Assembly (NCBI RefSeq): GCF_009834535.1
Contig: NC_045696.1
Location: forward strand, 98,706,001 to 98,770,000
Length of the DNA stretch: 64,000 nucleotides
Source of the DNA: Camelus ferus
Taxonomy: Eukaryota
Direction of reading: 5' to 3'
Part shown: positions 12,251 through 25,652 of the stretch, piece by piece
Numbering within the stretch: the stretch's first letter is position 1
Layout: each line of letters starts with the position of its first letter
Translations under genes and position numbers: made by a program
The notes under the pieces: model-generated
The model's database searches: none
What the model saw: only the letters and a program-made list of their open reading frames with translations
What the model was told of the DNA's origin: nothing

Positions 12251-15115
12251 CAAATCAGCAGTGACTTGAGGCCATCTTCACAAGAAGATAAAATGAAGAA
12301 AAAACAACACAAAGTCGGGACATGGCTACCTTCAGTAAGTCCTGACCAGGGCTGCGTGGGGGTCAGGCAACTCCTGGGGCCTCAATGTTATTTTAAGGGC
12401 TGAGAAGACAGAATGGACACAGGGCCTTGACTGCTTTATTGCTCCTTCGCACCACTGTGAATGGACCAGATCTACGTCTGGACTCACCCAAAAAGGGAAC
12501 TCTGTGGCGTCCAACTATGTGTGGGGGAATGAGGGAGTGAGGTTAGATTTTGTAGCAAAAGAAGAAGGGTCAAAATAGTAATAGAATATGGATTTGACGT
12601 TTTCTGTGATTACCGCCCTCTCCTTTCCTAACAACACTCTTCTTTGAACGAGGGAGCGAGGGGTGCACGGCTAGGAAATGACACAATTATTGTTACCTTG
12701 AGGCAAATACGTCCCAGATACAGGAGAATCTAACTCATGCGCTGACGCTCACTTGTAATGTATATCGTGCGTGAAACACCGTAGTAGGTGCTTACGCTCG
12801 TGGCTGTGATGCAGGGCTCCGCAGACCTCTCAGCTGCACTTGCCCTGTGAGAGCGTCTTGAAGACAGACTAGGAAGGTAGAGGAAGGAACTTTAGCTCAG
12901 GCACAAAATAGAAGTGGAACAGTCCAATGAAACAGTCTTCCTCCAAAAGAAAGGAGTTTCTCATTATTGGAAGGAGCCAGAAAGCAGCCCGGAAGGGTGG
13001 GGGAAGGATGCATCTCATTGTTTGGGAAGTTCGCCCTAGATGATTTCCAAACTCCTTCCAAACTCGAGTCTGAGAACCCATATAACTATTTGGGCACAAA
13101 AACCTCCCCCTAGAATAAGAATCCCATTTATGAATACTTTTCATGTGTTTTATTGTTTTTCTTTCCAATTGGGAAATTAGCCAGATCTCTTTATGTTACA
13201 TGTGAAAGAACTGTCTAGTTTAAATTTGGGAAAAGGAATTATGTATCTAGATATAAGCTTAAACAGCCAAAATCTTGGCTGGATATTGACACTTTTTCTT
13301 AAATCCTCTTCTCATATCAAGATTATTTTTCTGTGTTGCTATCTGTCATGACAAGTGTGATTAAATATTTTAGCAATGGGATTCAACTGGCACATGTATC
13401 AAAAACCAATTTCTGTGGTTTGAAAATAATATTAAAAAATATTTTATTTCAGTGAAACCAAATGTATCTTTGAGGTTAACATCTTGTGGCAGGAAATGAA
13501 CAGAGCATTTAAAAATATGTAGCTTGACATCATATGGAAATTTAGTGTATTTTCCTATAAGGAAATTTCCTTATGCAGAAACTTACTTTAAATTTCTTGG
13601 TAAATAAAAAGTGTGATCATGGGCTAAACAAGAATACCTATAAATAAGCATAGCAAACAGATGATGGATGAAACACTGTTTTGATTGAATTTGTTTTTAT
13701 TAACTGCTTGTGGGTGTTTTTATAAGGTGAGAATTCAAGTTTACATATGATCAGAATGTCTACATTTAAAGAAGTAACGAGTTATTCACATTTTGTACTG
13801 TGGGTCAGATAGATTGCTTTGATGATTAGGGCCCTGTGCAGATAAAGAAGAGGCCATAATCCCACGTGGAAGGCAAGCAAATAAATCTATTTTATCCAAA
13901 GGCCACTAGCAACACTCCACATTTCACTCAACTATACCAGACACACCCGCTCGTCCGCAGTAACTCAGTGCTACAATTCAACCAAACAGCCAGAAGTACA
14001 GTTTGTACGGACAGTCGTAAGAGATTCAGATTTACAGCAGTAAGGGACTTGGAAATTCGTTTCATACTCTTTCTTTATTTATTCATTTAGTTTGCTAATT
14101 AATAGGCTTGTTACAGCCACCTTGTTGCAAATGAGATTTGATGACGCTCATACGAGGAAATAAGTGGAATCTGAAAGGGCTCGGTTTCTCATAGCCTGTT
14201 TTTCCAAATCAAGGTATTTAGAAAATAATGTGGTAAAGTTTAAAAGTGTTATTTAAAAGCTATTATGATACTTATTTTCATCACTACAATTTTAACTCAG
14301 CCTAAATTAATTTTTTTAAAAATCATAAAGGAAACATAGGGGTGATTGTATAAATACATATGTGTATTCTCAACAGGATAATTTTATGTGCCCAACCTCA
14401 TCCTTACCAGAGAAGCCCTCTGTTGGAGTCTCTAAGAGCCACTGGTCAGATTTCACATGGTGTTACCTCTGCATATTTGGCACAAAGTGTCTGGTGTGAT
14501 GAGGCAGGAGAAACAGAAAACCCATCACCCTCATTGTGGCCACATGTACAGTCCTGGGGAGATGTCACAGTCCTATGAGACAAACCTCAGAGCGCTCTGC
14601 TGTTCACAGCCTGCCCGCAACTCCTAAGTGGGGACTTAATTTCTTCTCTGTCCAGTCAGGAGGAAAACCACATACAAGGAGAAAAGAGATGTGACTTTCA
14701 AGTCAGGGGAGACATTATCGCTAACATTTTTCAGGAGTAGCTAAACTGAATCTCCCATGAAGATACTAGAGCAAGAGTAATGAAATTACCAAGTGCCGGG
14801 GGTCCAGAGCGCTGTAGGTAAAGTTGGATACGGCTATTGAATTCTCCAGTTTCTGATTGGAGTTCTTGTGCTAAAAATCTAAAATGCCTCAGGGGGCCAG
14901 GCACCTAGCTTAAATCTGTGAATCCGGATGGATGTGCTAGGAGGGAGAGGAAGGGTCCCATCAGAAGGGTCCCAGATCCCATCTGAAGATGCCATGGCCA
15001 CTCAGCCACCACTCAGCTCCAGGAAAGTCGGCTCACCCCTGCAGGTCTGATTTTTGGAGAAAGTAGAAATTTGGATTTTAATGCCAAATCAAGGTTTCAG
15101 GTGTTGTAAACTAAT

Positions 15116-15116
<1 letters not shown>

Positions 15117-15161
<45 letters not shown>

Positions 15162-15168
15162 TAATAAA
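15117..15168. repeat. (TAA)n trinucleotide microsatellite
   Basis: About 13 perfect TAA units followed by imperfect units. Confidence 0.95.
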
Positions 15169-15644
15169 AATATGTGTAGGACAAACAAAACATGCCCACA
15201 GGTTGCATTTGGCTCATAAATGTGTTTTCCCGCTGGAAATGCTGAGAAAACCAAGACTGGGTTTTGAAATACCAGATTTTGTGCCTACTGTTGTCTCCTG
15301 CTATTGCCGGTACCACCTGGTGATTGGCACAGCACCTTGGATTTGGAGCTAGAATGCTGTGCAGTTTTCCAAGGCATGCTACAGTCATGCTCTATTATAT
15401 TGCATGATGGTATCTGATTAAAAATGCAGACAGAATAATCAATATCTGAAAAGCTTACGTATATCATTCTTCTCCTTCTGTTACAAAGTGGACTTTGTTA
15501 GTTTCAATATTCTATTTATCCATCTGGAAATAAAGCTTTTAATTTTAATTTATCACAGAAAATATGAGGAGCCAAAGTAGTACTTTTTTTTTTTTTAGTG
15601 TCTGAGGAAAGAGAACATTAACACAGACATGATTATAAAATGAA

Positions 15645-15775
15645 CAACTAACATTTGTTTACTGAGCACTGATCCTTATGGCCAAGTTTAAAGCTCTTTA
15701 TGTGCAATATTTTATTTAAAGTCCTCAATTGCCATAAGGTATAGGTGCTCTTGTTTATTTTATACTTGAAGTTAT
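15645..15775 (-). mobile_element. MIR SINE
   Basis: aactaacatttgtttactgagcact...aagctctttatgtgc...ttatttaaagtcctcaa resembles antisense MIR. Confidence 0.6.
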
Positions 15776-18763
15776 TGATGATGCAATTGTTTTAATAATA
15801 TCAAAACATACATCTATTATTATGTGAACAGTTTAAAACTCTGTATTTTGTTCTACTTAATAAGTAGATTCCATTTCCAAATATGAGTAAGGTTTCATGG
15901 ACAAAGATAGTTGTGTGAAATCAGAATTGAAAGGAAGACATTTCTACTGCCTTTCCTTGGCTGCTGATATCTAGCTTCTTATTTTTGTGTGATTCTGAAC
16001 TTTCTAAGCCATGATTTTTTAATAAACATTTTATTTAATGATTAGCACTATTGTATTGCTGCTTGGAATATTAAAATATCACAAGGAAATTATAACACTG
16101 TAATTCTCTTTTATACTCAGATATTATTTGAAGAATATTGCCTTTTTCTAGATTACTTATATTCAAATCACGTAAGTTGGCATATTTTAAAGTATCTAGT
16201 AAATGAAGTTCAACTACATGTTTATATAAAATGTGAGAAATATCAGCTATTTTAGACAGCATTTAAAATATAATAGCAACACCTTTCTATTTTATTAATT
16301 GGCTTCCTGTCAATTGCCATAGAATTACTTTTAAGCACAACCACAAGTTCTCAATTTGAATAACCATTTTATACAAATTTAGAAGATTTAAATATGCTAT
16401 GCTTTTACTATCGACATCTCAACATATATGCCTGGAAAGATTTATAATTTAAATCACATCGGTAGCAACCTGCAGCTTTTCACACCAAAAGTCAAGAACA
16501 CAGGGCTGTGGGAAAATTTGATCAATCGAACAGTAAGACTCACAACTTAAAAGCTTAACTTTTCCTACCCCCCCATAATGTTGACCTTGGTCTGGTCTGT
16601 TCCTCTCCAATTGTTTGAAATACACTCTCTTTCATGGATGATGGTTTCTTATTAAATTATTTATTGATGTGGTTGACACTGGTTGAATAGATTCATTAAA
16701 TTTCACAAGTTGTTGGAGTCTAGTTTACTGGAAAAAAAAAGCCTTCTTTAGACTCTTTAACGGACAAAAAGCGTCATTTTTTTTGAGCTCTTTTAAAGCA
16801 TTTAATAAAGCATGAAAAGATATGACATCAATCCTACTAAAACACAAGAGAAAATGAATGATGTTACTGTAAATCTTTACATCAATCACACCCAATACTT
16901 TGGAAAACAATATAGTTTTGTTTGCATTTCAGAAGTGACAAACAACTCTTGTGACTGGCTTAACATAGTCACTTTCTATTAGTCAAGACCAGAAGCAAGT
17001 CAGAATTAAAATGTGGCCCTGCGTTGCTAGGCAGCGGAGTTGTCTTGACATGGTGGTTAGTTTCCTTTTCACTGAATGACAACAGTGAAATGAAAGAAGT
17101 TTTGAAAAACTTGATAATGGTTTTCAAAGGAGACGGATAATTGGTGGTGCTCGCCTGTGCAGCTCTGTGTGGAAACTTTCAGGAGGCTGTGAGAGAGGAC
17201 TGTCACTAAAAATTTAAACTCTTGTACACAAACTTGACCTAGAGTCTTCTCCAGGTTTTGGCGGTTCATTTTCAGAACACCCCTCTGAGACCAAGGGGTG
17301 TAGGATGAAAGCATTAAGACAGATGGGTAAAGCCCCAAAGGAAGAAAGGAATCAATAGTTGTGATTTAATCCATTGGTGAAAGGGAGGAATTAAGTAAAA
17401 TCTTAAAAACGAGGAATGTGTAAAAGACCTTTCGCCAGCACCTATAACAAAAATGTTTTAACGGCACAGCAAGTTGCAACAGAGCAGACACTGGCATCAA
17501 AAGCAGGCGATAAAGAAAGGTAAAAAAAAAAAAAATTCTTTGCTTTCCTATGCCCGGGGCAAAAACAATTGCCCTGATGTTATTTTTTGAACAATGTCAA
17601 GTTTAATTCAGAAAACTATCCCCAACATGATAATGCCCAAAGCATTTGAAAATAATTACAACTTAAGCTTTTGTTATCTGTGGTTCTTACCAGATAGAGC
17701 ATGTATTTAACAAAAACAAACAAACAGGAAACTTCAAGCAAACAAAAAACACACCCAGAAATACTCATTGCTCACTATTTCATCCCAAACTCCCCAAAGC
17801 AATAACATTTCGTTTTGCCATTTTTGCCATGAATTTACCCAGAATTTTAAAAACTGAGCAAAATGGACTCATATTGAAAGAAGGGACCAATTAGTGTTGG
17901 ATTAACATTCGTGGTTATTTACAGTTGTTTTTGTACTTGTTCTTGTGCTCTGACTTCCTAAAATTTCACAACCCAAAGGTTTAGAAAAATGGGGTTGTTT
18001 AGACGCAAAGTGCAATGAAGTGGCTGTGACCATTGTGTAGACACCACCTCTCTCATTATCCCCTCTCAATCAACACTCAGGACACAGGAAACCGCAATAA
18101 AGCCCATCTGCCACGGTTAATCTGCAGGCAAACCCACACCCATGTCTATGCCCGTTACTCTCCAGCCTTATTATTCTCAGATCCAAAGCTTCATAAGGGA
18201 TCAGCCAAAGTCCATTAAAGTAAATAATAGCTAGAAATGACAGGCTTAGCAAGGATTGGGAGGAAGTTGAAGACCAATCTGAGCTCTGAGCTCTGATTAA
18301 TAGAGAAAAGCATTAGGAGAAAAGGGGAGAAAAATGACCTCAGCCTGCTCCAAAGAATTCCTGAACCTTCGTTGTTAGGGCAAGTGCTACCATCTGAGAC
18401 GTTCGTGATCCTTGAATTTCCTTCACTTTGATGCAGCTCAAATGGGAAAATTTTGAAGGTTCAGCAAGGCCCCAGACCTCAGCTGGAAAGCTGTCTGGAG
18501 TCAACCCTGTCAAAATTCTCTTGTGTAAGAGAAAGCCTTTATTAGCTGGATTTCCACCACAACAATAACAACACCACAAACGCCCTACGCAGCCTCCTAA
18601 GGAGGGGCCTCTGCTTCAGATTACAGAGGCGTTTATTATTTTCCTGCACATAGTCATTTTTTAAAAGTCTCTAAACAGATGTAGCAAAATAAAACAATGG
18701 TGATTCTTAAAGTGAATGCCTTTCAGGGACTAGCTGGATGTAGTCTGCTGATAGGGAAGTATA

Positions 18764-18820
18764 TGTGTGTGTTCATGTGTGTGTGTGTACGTGTGTGTGT
18801 ACGTGTATGTGTGTGCGTGT
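18764..18820. repeat. Imperfect (TG)n microsatellite
   Basis: tgtgtgtgttcatgtgtgtgtgtgtacgtgtgtgtgtacgtgtatgtgtgtgcgtgt. Confidence 0.9.
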
Positions 18821-21800
18821 AGGGGGTGGTATTCAAATATTTGTTCAGTTTCATCTTGAAATATGGTATTTATTTTCATTGTACAACATAAAAAATCCTT
18901 CTCAAGCAGTTCAAGGTTTGTTGAGTCAAGATGGAATCATAAAATGCTTCAGTTCTTTCAGCTGCATGTTTTATATAAATTGACCAGAAAAAAAAAAAAA
19001 TCCTAAATTAGTTGCAAAAAAAGTTTTCTCTCTCCACCATTTAAAAATTTATTTTTGCTGTCTCTGCTTGATAAATTTCCACATGACACGAGCCCCAGGT
19101 GTTGTTATTACTGCCCCCCCTCCCCACTAAGTGTATGTGTTCTTCAAATGAGACATTTTTGAATTCTGGAACAGCTCTTAACCGTCCTTTGAAGAACACT
19201 ATACCTGGTAAACCTATTTGGGGTTAGGAAAAACCTCATTTCACGTCTTCTCTATTATTAAAAAAATGACTTTGCTTGTAAAAAGATATATTATCCTTTA
19301 TGAAATGTGGATTGAAATGAGAGGAGCAGAGAGAGCTCAAAAACTGGGAGGGTTCTTTAAAGTTAGAGTTGAAAATAACAAAGCAGCCTCTGCTTGTCAG
19401 AAATCCCTGGCTGAGGGAGAGAAAGCTTTTGGCAGAGGCAGGCAGGTATTGGGAAAGCCCTGGTGACTTCTCGGTAATGGTCCAGATGAGGACTTGATGT
19501 CGGGGAGGCTCCCCTTCGAATGTGCTCCTTGGGCAAGTTTCTATTGTAGCATGCAATTTTCATAAATAAAATGAAGGTGCAAGGCAAAGAACCATAGTTA
19601 AAATGATGGTTCTTCACAGATAGCGCGGATAACTTGGCTAATGCACTGTTGATGTGCACGTGGTACAATTTTCATATTTTAATCTTAAGTAGAACAAGAA
19701 ATGACAATTATGAAAAGACAAAATAGATACCACCAACAGCTGTAATTGCTATCTAGGCTGCTCAAAGATGAGCAAAAGACACAGTAAATCAATATTAAGT
19801 TCTCCACAAATGCAGGTATCACAACAAGGACATCATATAACATCATTATAAGCAAATTCGAATACGATTTGGACAGTTGTGAAGAATATAGGATGAACAC
19901 AGGGAATGTGGGACTGACTTGTCCTCTGCAGCTTCAGCTGGAATCTTAGAGGAAAAAAAATCCCTGGGTGTCGTGGCTGTGTATTTAGTTAAGTATGCAA
20001 ACTGCAGTGGCTTTAGTAAATGAGTATGATCTTCCTCTTCACAATTTAAAATGTTAAGATCATTAAGGGTTAAATGGCTGTGCCACATGCAATTATAATA
20101 AGCTGAAATTCAGTAGTGTTAATACACTAAGATTTGGGAGAAATGTTTTTGTATTAACGCTACATCCTATGATATATTATATGGTATTAGAGAATACCGA
20201 ATTAAGCTGGTGGGTTAAGAAACCAGCTAAACTTAAGAAAGAAAACAATTAAAGATTAAAGGTACAGAATAAATTAAAAGAATGAAAATTGAAACTGTTT
20301 GATGCAAATCTTAGCAATGAGAGATGAAATGGAAAAAAAGGCAAATCGATAAGAAAACAAATTAAAATATTGAAAAAAGATACAAGAAAAATGACAAATG
20401 TGTACAAATAGATGGCCATAAAGTTAAAATTAAATGCTTGCTTTTACGATTATACTTTTAGAGTGTAATGATTTAAATGTCCTAGAAAAAAGTCTGATTT
20501 TATGCATATCTTTCTGGGTATGTTTGCTTCCTTTTGGCAAATGAAACAACACAAAGCATAGAAAAAGTTTTTATAAATTCTTATTGATCTTTTGCATTCT
20601 TTCATAAGTTATTTTATGTATTTATAAAAATTGGAGAAGTCTTTCTGATTTCAGTTGAACATTTAAAACTTTTGAGTGAAGCAAAATATTTAGAAACTAT
20701 TCTTTTATCTCCTTCCTCACTCCCATAACTGAGCACTGTTTTAAATTCAGTCTCTTCCACCATTACTCAGATATGCAATATAAAAGAAAGACTTTGCACC
20801 ATAAATTTCTAGTTTGCATAGAAATGTTATAAATAGAAAACTAAATCTGAATGATTTTGAGCATTATTTGGTACCAGAAGGAAATAATTTCATAATCCAA
20901 AGACTGCAAGTTAGAATCAAATTTTCTTTTGTGTGTGTATGTGATAGTAAAATGCAACAAAAATAAACAAAACACATCAATTGTTTACTATGTGGGTTTG
21001 TACTTCCACAGGACTCCATCTCCCTAGAATATTGTCTTCATGCTATTATTATGTGCTTAGACATTCCTCGATTACTTTGCTATTTATACAAACAAAACAT
21101 TCAATGCCCACATGTATCGTTTATGCCCATGTGTGTAACATGTTTATAAGTAGTTATATGCGTGTCATTATATATGCTATATCATAAACTGATCTATATA
21201 CATTTTCTCACATTCTATGCATAAATAAGCAACTGGATTTTATGGCCTTGAAATGCACATTTTTTAGTCATCCAAAGGCAACTGAAATTTTAATTTTATT
21301 CTTGGAAAATAAAAGAATTTTAATAATAAACCTGCTGTGTAGATGAGTAAAGTTGTAATTCCAAATGATCTCCATTAACCTGTGTAATAGAATTGACTTG
21401 TTATGAATTTAAATACAAAAAAAAATCATCTTTGGGTACATTGTGTTGTCATCGACACTTAAAACAGCACTCTTTTCTGTTCTTAATATCAGAGCAGAAT
21501 ATTTAAAATGAAAACTACTTTTCTCACCCCTCTGTTGCTGACTCAAAAAAAAAGAAGGGTATCCCTTTCTTTCCACAGTGATGAAGATCCTCGAAGAATG
21601 GGTATATGGTTAAAATATTAAGGCCCTTGTGTTAACCACAAGGTGTCTCCAATCTTTAAAATCTCCAGATTCCCTCCCCCACCCCTTACAGAGTGAATCT
21701 ATACGATCACATCATCACATTTGGAAACTTTCAGAACACTCGTTCTAATGTGAATTAAAAGTGTATGCTTTAGAAGAGACTTCATCGAACTTCAAAGTGC

Positions 21801-23302
21801 TTATACACATATAACATTATATATAACACTATATATAAATCATAGTTCTAGATATGATATTGTATGCATATCACAGTATGCTTATAACACAATACATACT
21901 GAATAAGAATTTTCACCAACTATTTTATGAGTATATGTTTGGAATCTGGCTTCTTAAAAATAAACAGTGGAACAGTATTAAAAACAGAGGGGAAAAAAGT
22001 TTAACATCAAAGCTCATTTTAGTCTGTTTACCCATGATCCAGATTTAATTTTAAATAATCCTATCAGCCAGCTACAAACAGCTAATACAAGGGAGTAAAA
22101 ATATAGTGGACTATACCCATCTGCAAATACACACAAATACAACGAATTCCTGGTTTTTCCAGACCAAAGCTCTTGGTGAAAAGTAATTACTTAAGCTCAT
22201 CTCATTGTGAAGTATGAATACGTAACTAAGAATAGATCTCATTTAAAAGAATTCCAACTATGGAAAGTCCTTCTAATTCAAGACCATGTATGGTTTATCT
22301 CTGATCACAGAGAGACAATGTGTGTGTGTGTGTTTAATGGGATGCTGTTTATCCCACTGTATCTTACCACTCTGTCTCTTTGGATAACAATCACAGGACC
22401 CAGATGCTAAGGGTAAGTGATATTTTCCCACAAGCGGCTGCTGGCTCCTTGGCAGACGTGGTAGGCAGTTGTGTTGGCAGCCGCTGCGCTGCCTCTGGCT
22501 GTCTTGTGTGGCTTTGCTGTTGAAGGGATGCTTGGCCTGGCCTGTCCTCCTGGATCCCATTTCCTCCTGACAGCCCTTGGGTTTTGTGAAGCTTTATGCC
22601 ATGCAAATCCTGTATGCAGTCCCTGCATGAACTCTCTGAGGGCAAAACGAGGTCTTTCTTTATGGTCGTGTCTCATGATCAGCTGAATTGCTTGTTCAGG
22701 TCCCCAGGAAAACCCAAACCTAACCAAAAACTTTTCCCGTTTTTGTGGCTATTTTGTTTCCAGTCCTGTTCTGTTTTCAACCTGAGTATATTATATCCCG
22801 ATCTAATGGCCAGGGTGTTGGCCAAGTGATTTTGTAGAAACACTGTGCTTTCTGATTTTTGTGTTGTAATGTACGTGATTTTTCAAAAGTCCTTTGTTTC
22901 CCCACATTCATTATCAAGAATAATTTTTGAAGGATTTTTCCCACTCAGATCATAAATAACAGCATTGCAAAGTATCTCTTGCAAGAAATACAAAGAAGGA
23001 ATTTGGTGATTTTACCAAGTGCAGTTGGCTGATGAACTATTTAATGAAATCAAGTAGCAAGCCTCTGATATTGACGCAGAAGAAGCAATACTTCATTCCC
23101 TGCATGCTTGTAATCCTGATGACATTTTGAAGCATGTGCTCAAGTTGTACAAACAAAGGCACACAGCAGAGACAAAGATGGTTTCAAAGACACCAGTATA
23201 ACTGTCTACTGCATAATTTGTGAGACATTTTCACATGTTTCCTCACAGTGATATCACAAAAGTAGTCATAAATGTGTATCACGGAGTAAACGACTCGCTG
23301 GT

Positions 23303-23405
23303 TCACCATATGCCTGACACAGTCCCCAAGGCAAAACAGTATTTTTGGACACCGATGGTCATATTTTCTTTGTAATCCGAAATATCAATAAAGACCCCGA
23401 GTTTT
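23303..23405 (-). CDS. Candidate terminal coding exon of an unidentified minus-strand gene (KLGVFIDISDYKENMTIGVQKYCFALGTVSGIW*)
   Basis: On -: tctgatatttctttcag| acceptor, phase-2 entry, 33 open codons to TGA at 23305-23303; protein not recognised. Confidence 0.25.
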
Positions 23406-23847
23406 CTGAAAGAAATATCAGATACATTTTGCTTGCAAATACCCATCCAATTAAACTTGTGTTAAAATTGATTTCTTTCTAGTCTGACATTTTTAGCTCA
23501 TGTGACTGTAAAACTCCAAAATTATCAATAATAGCGTTAAGTGTTTAACAAGCAAATTGGTCTATATAGGTGTTGTATGGACCTTGGGATAATTTTCCAA
23601 AGCAGTTTCTTATTTAGTCTACAAGTGCTGCGTGAAGAACTAGAAATCCTCCGAAGTGTCAGGTAATGATATTATAAATTAAGAACACACATATTTTAAA
23701 GGGGAGCATCACAGAGAAATGAAGGTCCTACTTCTTCTCAATAGTCGTGGGTCTGCTGTGGCAAAGTTTGCTTTTATGTGGAATCCTCTCTGATGCACAG
23801 AGAATGTCCTTCTCGTAGCCAGTGTTCTGCAAACCATGTGCTTCTAC

Positions 23848-23913
23848 CTTAGTTGAGAAATGATCACATTCCAATGTGATTCCAACGTTTCTGAGAAGTG
23901 ATAAATCCATGTT
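23848..23913 (-). CDS. Candidate 66-nt exon (TWIYHFSETLESHWNVIISQL); alternative 182-nt form ending at 23732
   Basis: On -: tgctcttccag| acceptor; donors AAG|gtagaa (23848) or GAA|gtagga (23732) are both weak, but both end in phase 2 and match the 23405 exon. Confidence 0.2.
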
Positions 23914-24461
23914 CTGGAAGAGCATTTTTGGTAAAACGAGCATAAAACCTCAAAGATTGTTGAAAATTGGGATGCTATGAAGTATATATTCTTTTTTTTT
24001 TTATGGATCAACTTGGCTCCTTCTTAAATAAAACATTTAATAAACATTTTAGAAAACTTTAGAGAAGTGTTAAGTGTTTTCTGTTATGCGTTTCGACCAT
24101 CCTTCTTCTAGTCCTAACTGTGAAATATGGCACTTTCAGAAGGACTATGTTAAATTTGGGACTCTCATTTTCTATGCTCTGTAAGGGCCCCTAAGATTGT
24201 AATTACATATCTATCCGCTATTCGGTGTTCATTTAGAACACATTCCTCTTGTAGTGACTTTTTTCATTTTCATAACTAAACATTTACATCACACTGTCTG
24301 GGGTTTTCCTCTCACTTATAAGGTTTCAGGGAACGTGGAACTCTATGTTTGGAAGAGCTGGAAAGCTAATTGAGACAGAAGTACATTTACACTAACAGAG
24401 ACCCTGGCAGCTGTCTCCAGCACAGTAAGAAAGAAAACTGAAACTATTTGTGGTTCTCTTT

Positions 24462-24480
24462 CGACCAGTAGGTGTCGCTA
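24462..24480 (+). promoter_or_regulatory. Candidate CTCF binding site
   Basis: cgaCCAGTAGGTGTCGCTA versus consensus CCASYAGRKGGCRS (one mismatch), with an upstream-module-like tgtggttc just 5'. Confidence 0.55.
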
Positions 24481-25490
24481 TTGGGACTACCAGGTAGTGA
24501 TCCCCAGATGTCTCACAGAATTTACATGCATTATCTGTATAATCCAGAAGGTAATTTACTGAACCATGCTAACCCAACTACCCTAGGAAAAAATGCTTGA
24601 CTAAAATTTTCTCTCAGATAAACATGAAACAATTTGAAATGTGAAATGACCCTACTGAAAATACGCTGGGAGGAATCTGAAGGTAAAAGATACCACCAGT
24701 CAGTGCAAAGAAAAATAATTCATGAAATTTTGGAAGGGCAATTTGAATCATTTCCTGGTGTAATCAGACTTCAAATAATATTGAATATAAAAATATAAAT
24801 GTTGAACAAGAAAAGAGTTAGGATTTCACCTTTTGAAAACTTTCAAAGTTAAATGACACTTGTGGAGTCAGATCTTTTTTTTTTTTTTTTAAAGGAACCA
24901 GGGTTTCCCTAAGCAGGCATGGATTGTGTATATCCTCAGTCTAAGAAATATTAAATAATTTTAAACTTCTGGTGGAAAAATAAAAACTTTTTTCTTTTCT
25001 CCCCCAGTTACTATGAAAAGCAATGAGATGATTCTTGGCCTGATTTGATTAGCAAGGATATTTTCATGTTAAATCTCATTTATTCAGTCCATATTTTTTC
25101 ACTATAACTAAGAAGTCTTGGCAGTAAACTTTTGCTTTGCAATTAATCACAAAAATAATTTTTGGATATTTTTGTCTGAAGAATTTATTTTGGTTTTCTG
25201 CTGGTTGAGGGAAACACACAGGTGTGTGTGTGAACCCTGTCCCCCCTCCCCAACACACACGATGTCAAGCAGTTTAATTTCCTATTAGAATGGTGTCAAC
25301 TCTTCAACTCGCATAAGAATCTTTCATACAAAGTAAAAAAAAAAATCACTTGTTAGTTATTCCCTTGTTGAATAATTTTAAAACATCTCACAGAGTCCAA
25401 GCAGCTCATACATCAGAGCTTCTATTATCTGAAAAAACAAAACAGCACTGAAGACAGATTAAGAAGCACGAATGCTGTTATTTAGTGTTC

Positions 25491-25652
25491 CCCGGCGATC
25501 CGTCTTGCGTGCACCTTTCCAGCAGAGGCCGAAAGCCATTCCCGGGCCGCTCTGGCGGGCCCGCGCCCCGCGGAAGGCTGCGCAGAGACATACTGGCCAG
25601 TAGAGGCCTCTCTAGATTTGCTTTCTCGGGGGGAGCTCCGAGTGCGCCGCGG
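25491..25652. promoter_or_regulatory. Orphan mini CpG island
   Basis: About 18 CpGs counted in ~160 bp (e.g. gggcccgcgccccgcgg) within a CpG-depleted AT-rich background; no repeat recognised. Confidence 0.6.

Noticed and set aside
15116..15388. ORF ending in poly-Tyr
   Set aside because: Translation of the (TAA)n microsatellite
22273..22829. Cluster of overlapping ORFs in a GC-elevated patch
   Set aside because: Open on both strands in several frames with no recognisable product or convincing splice pair; more likely UTR or regulatory sequence
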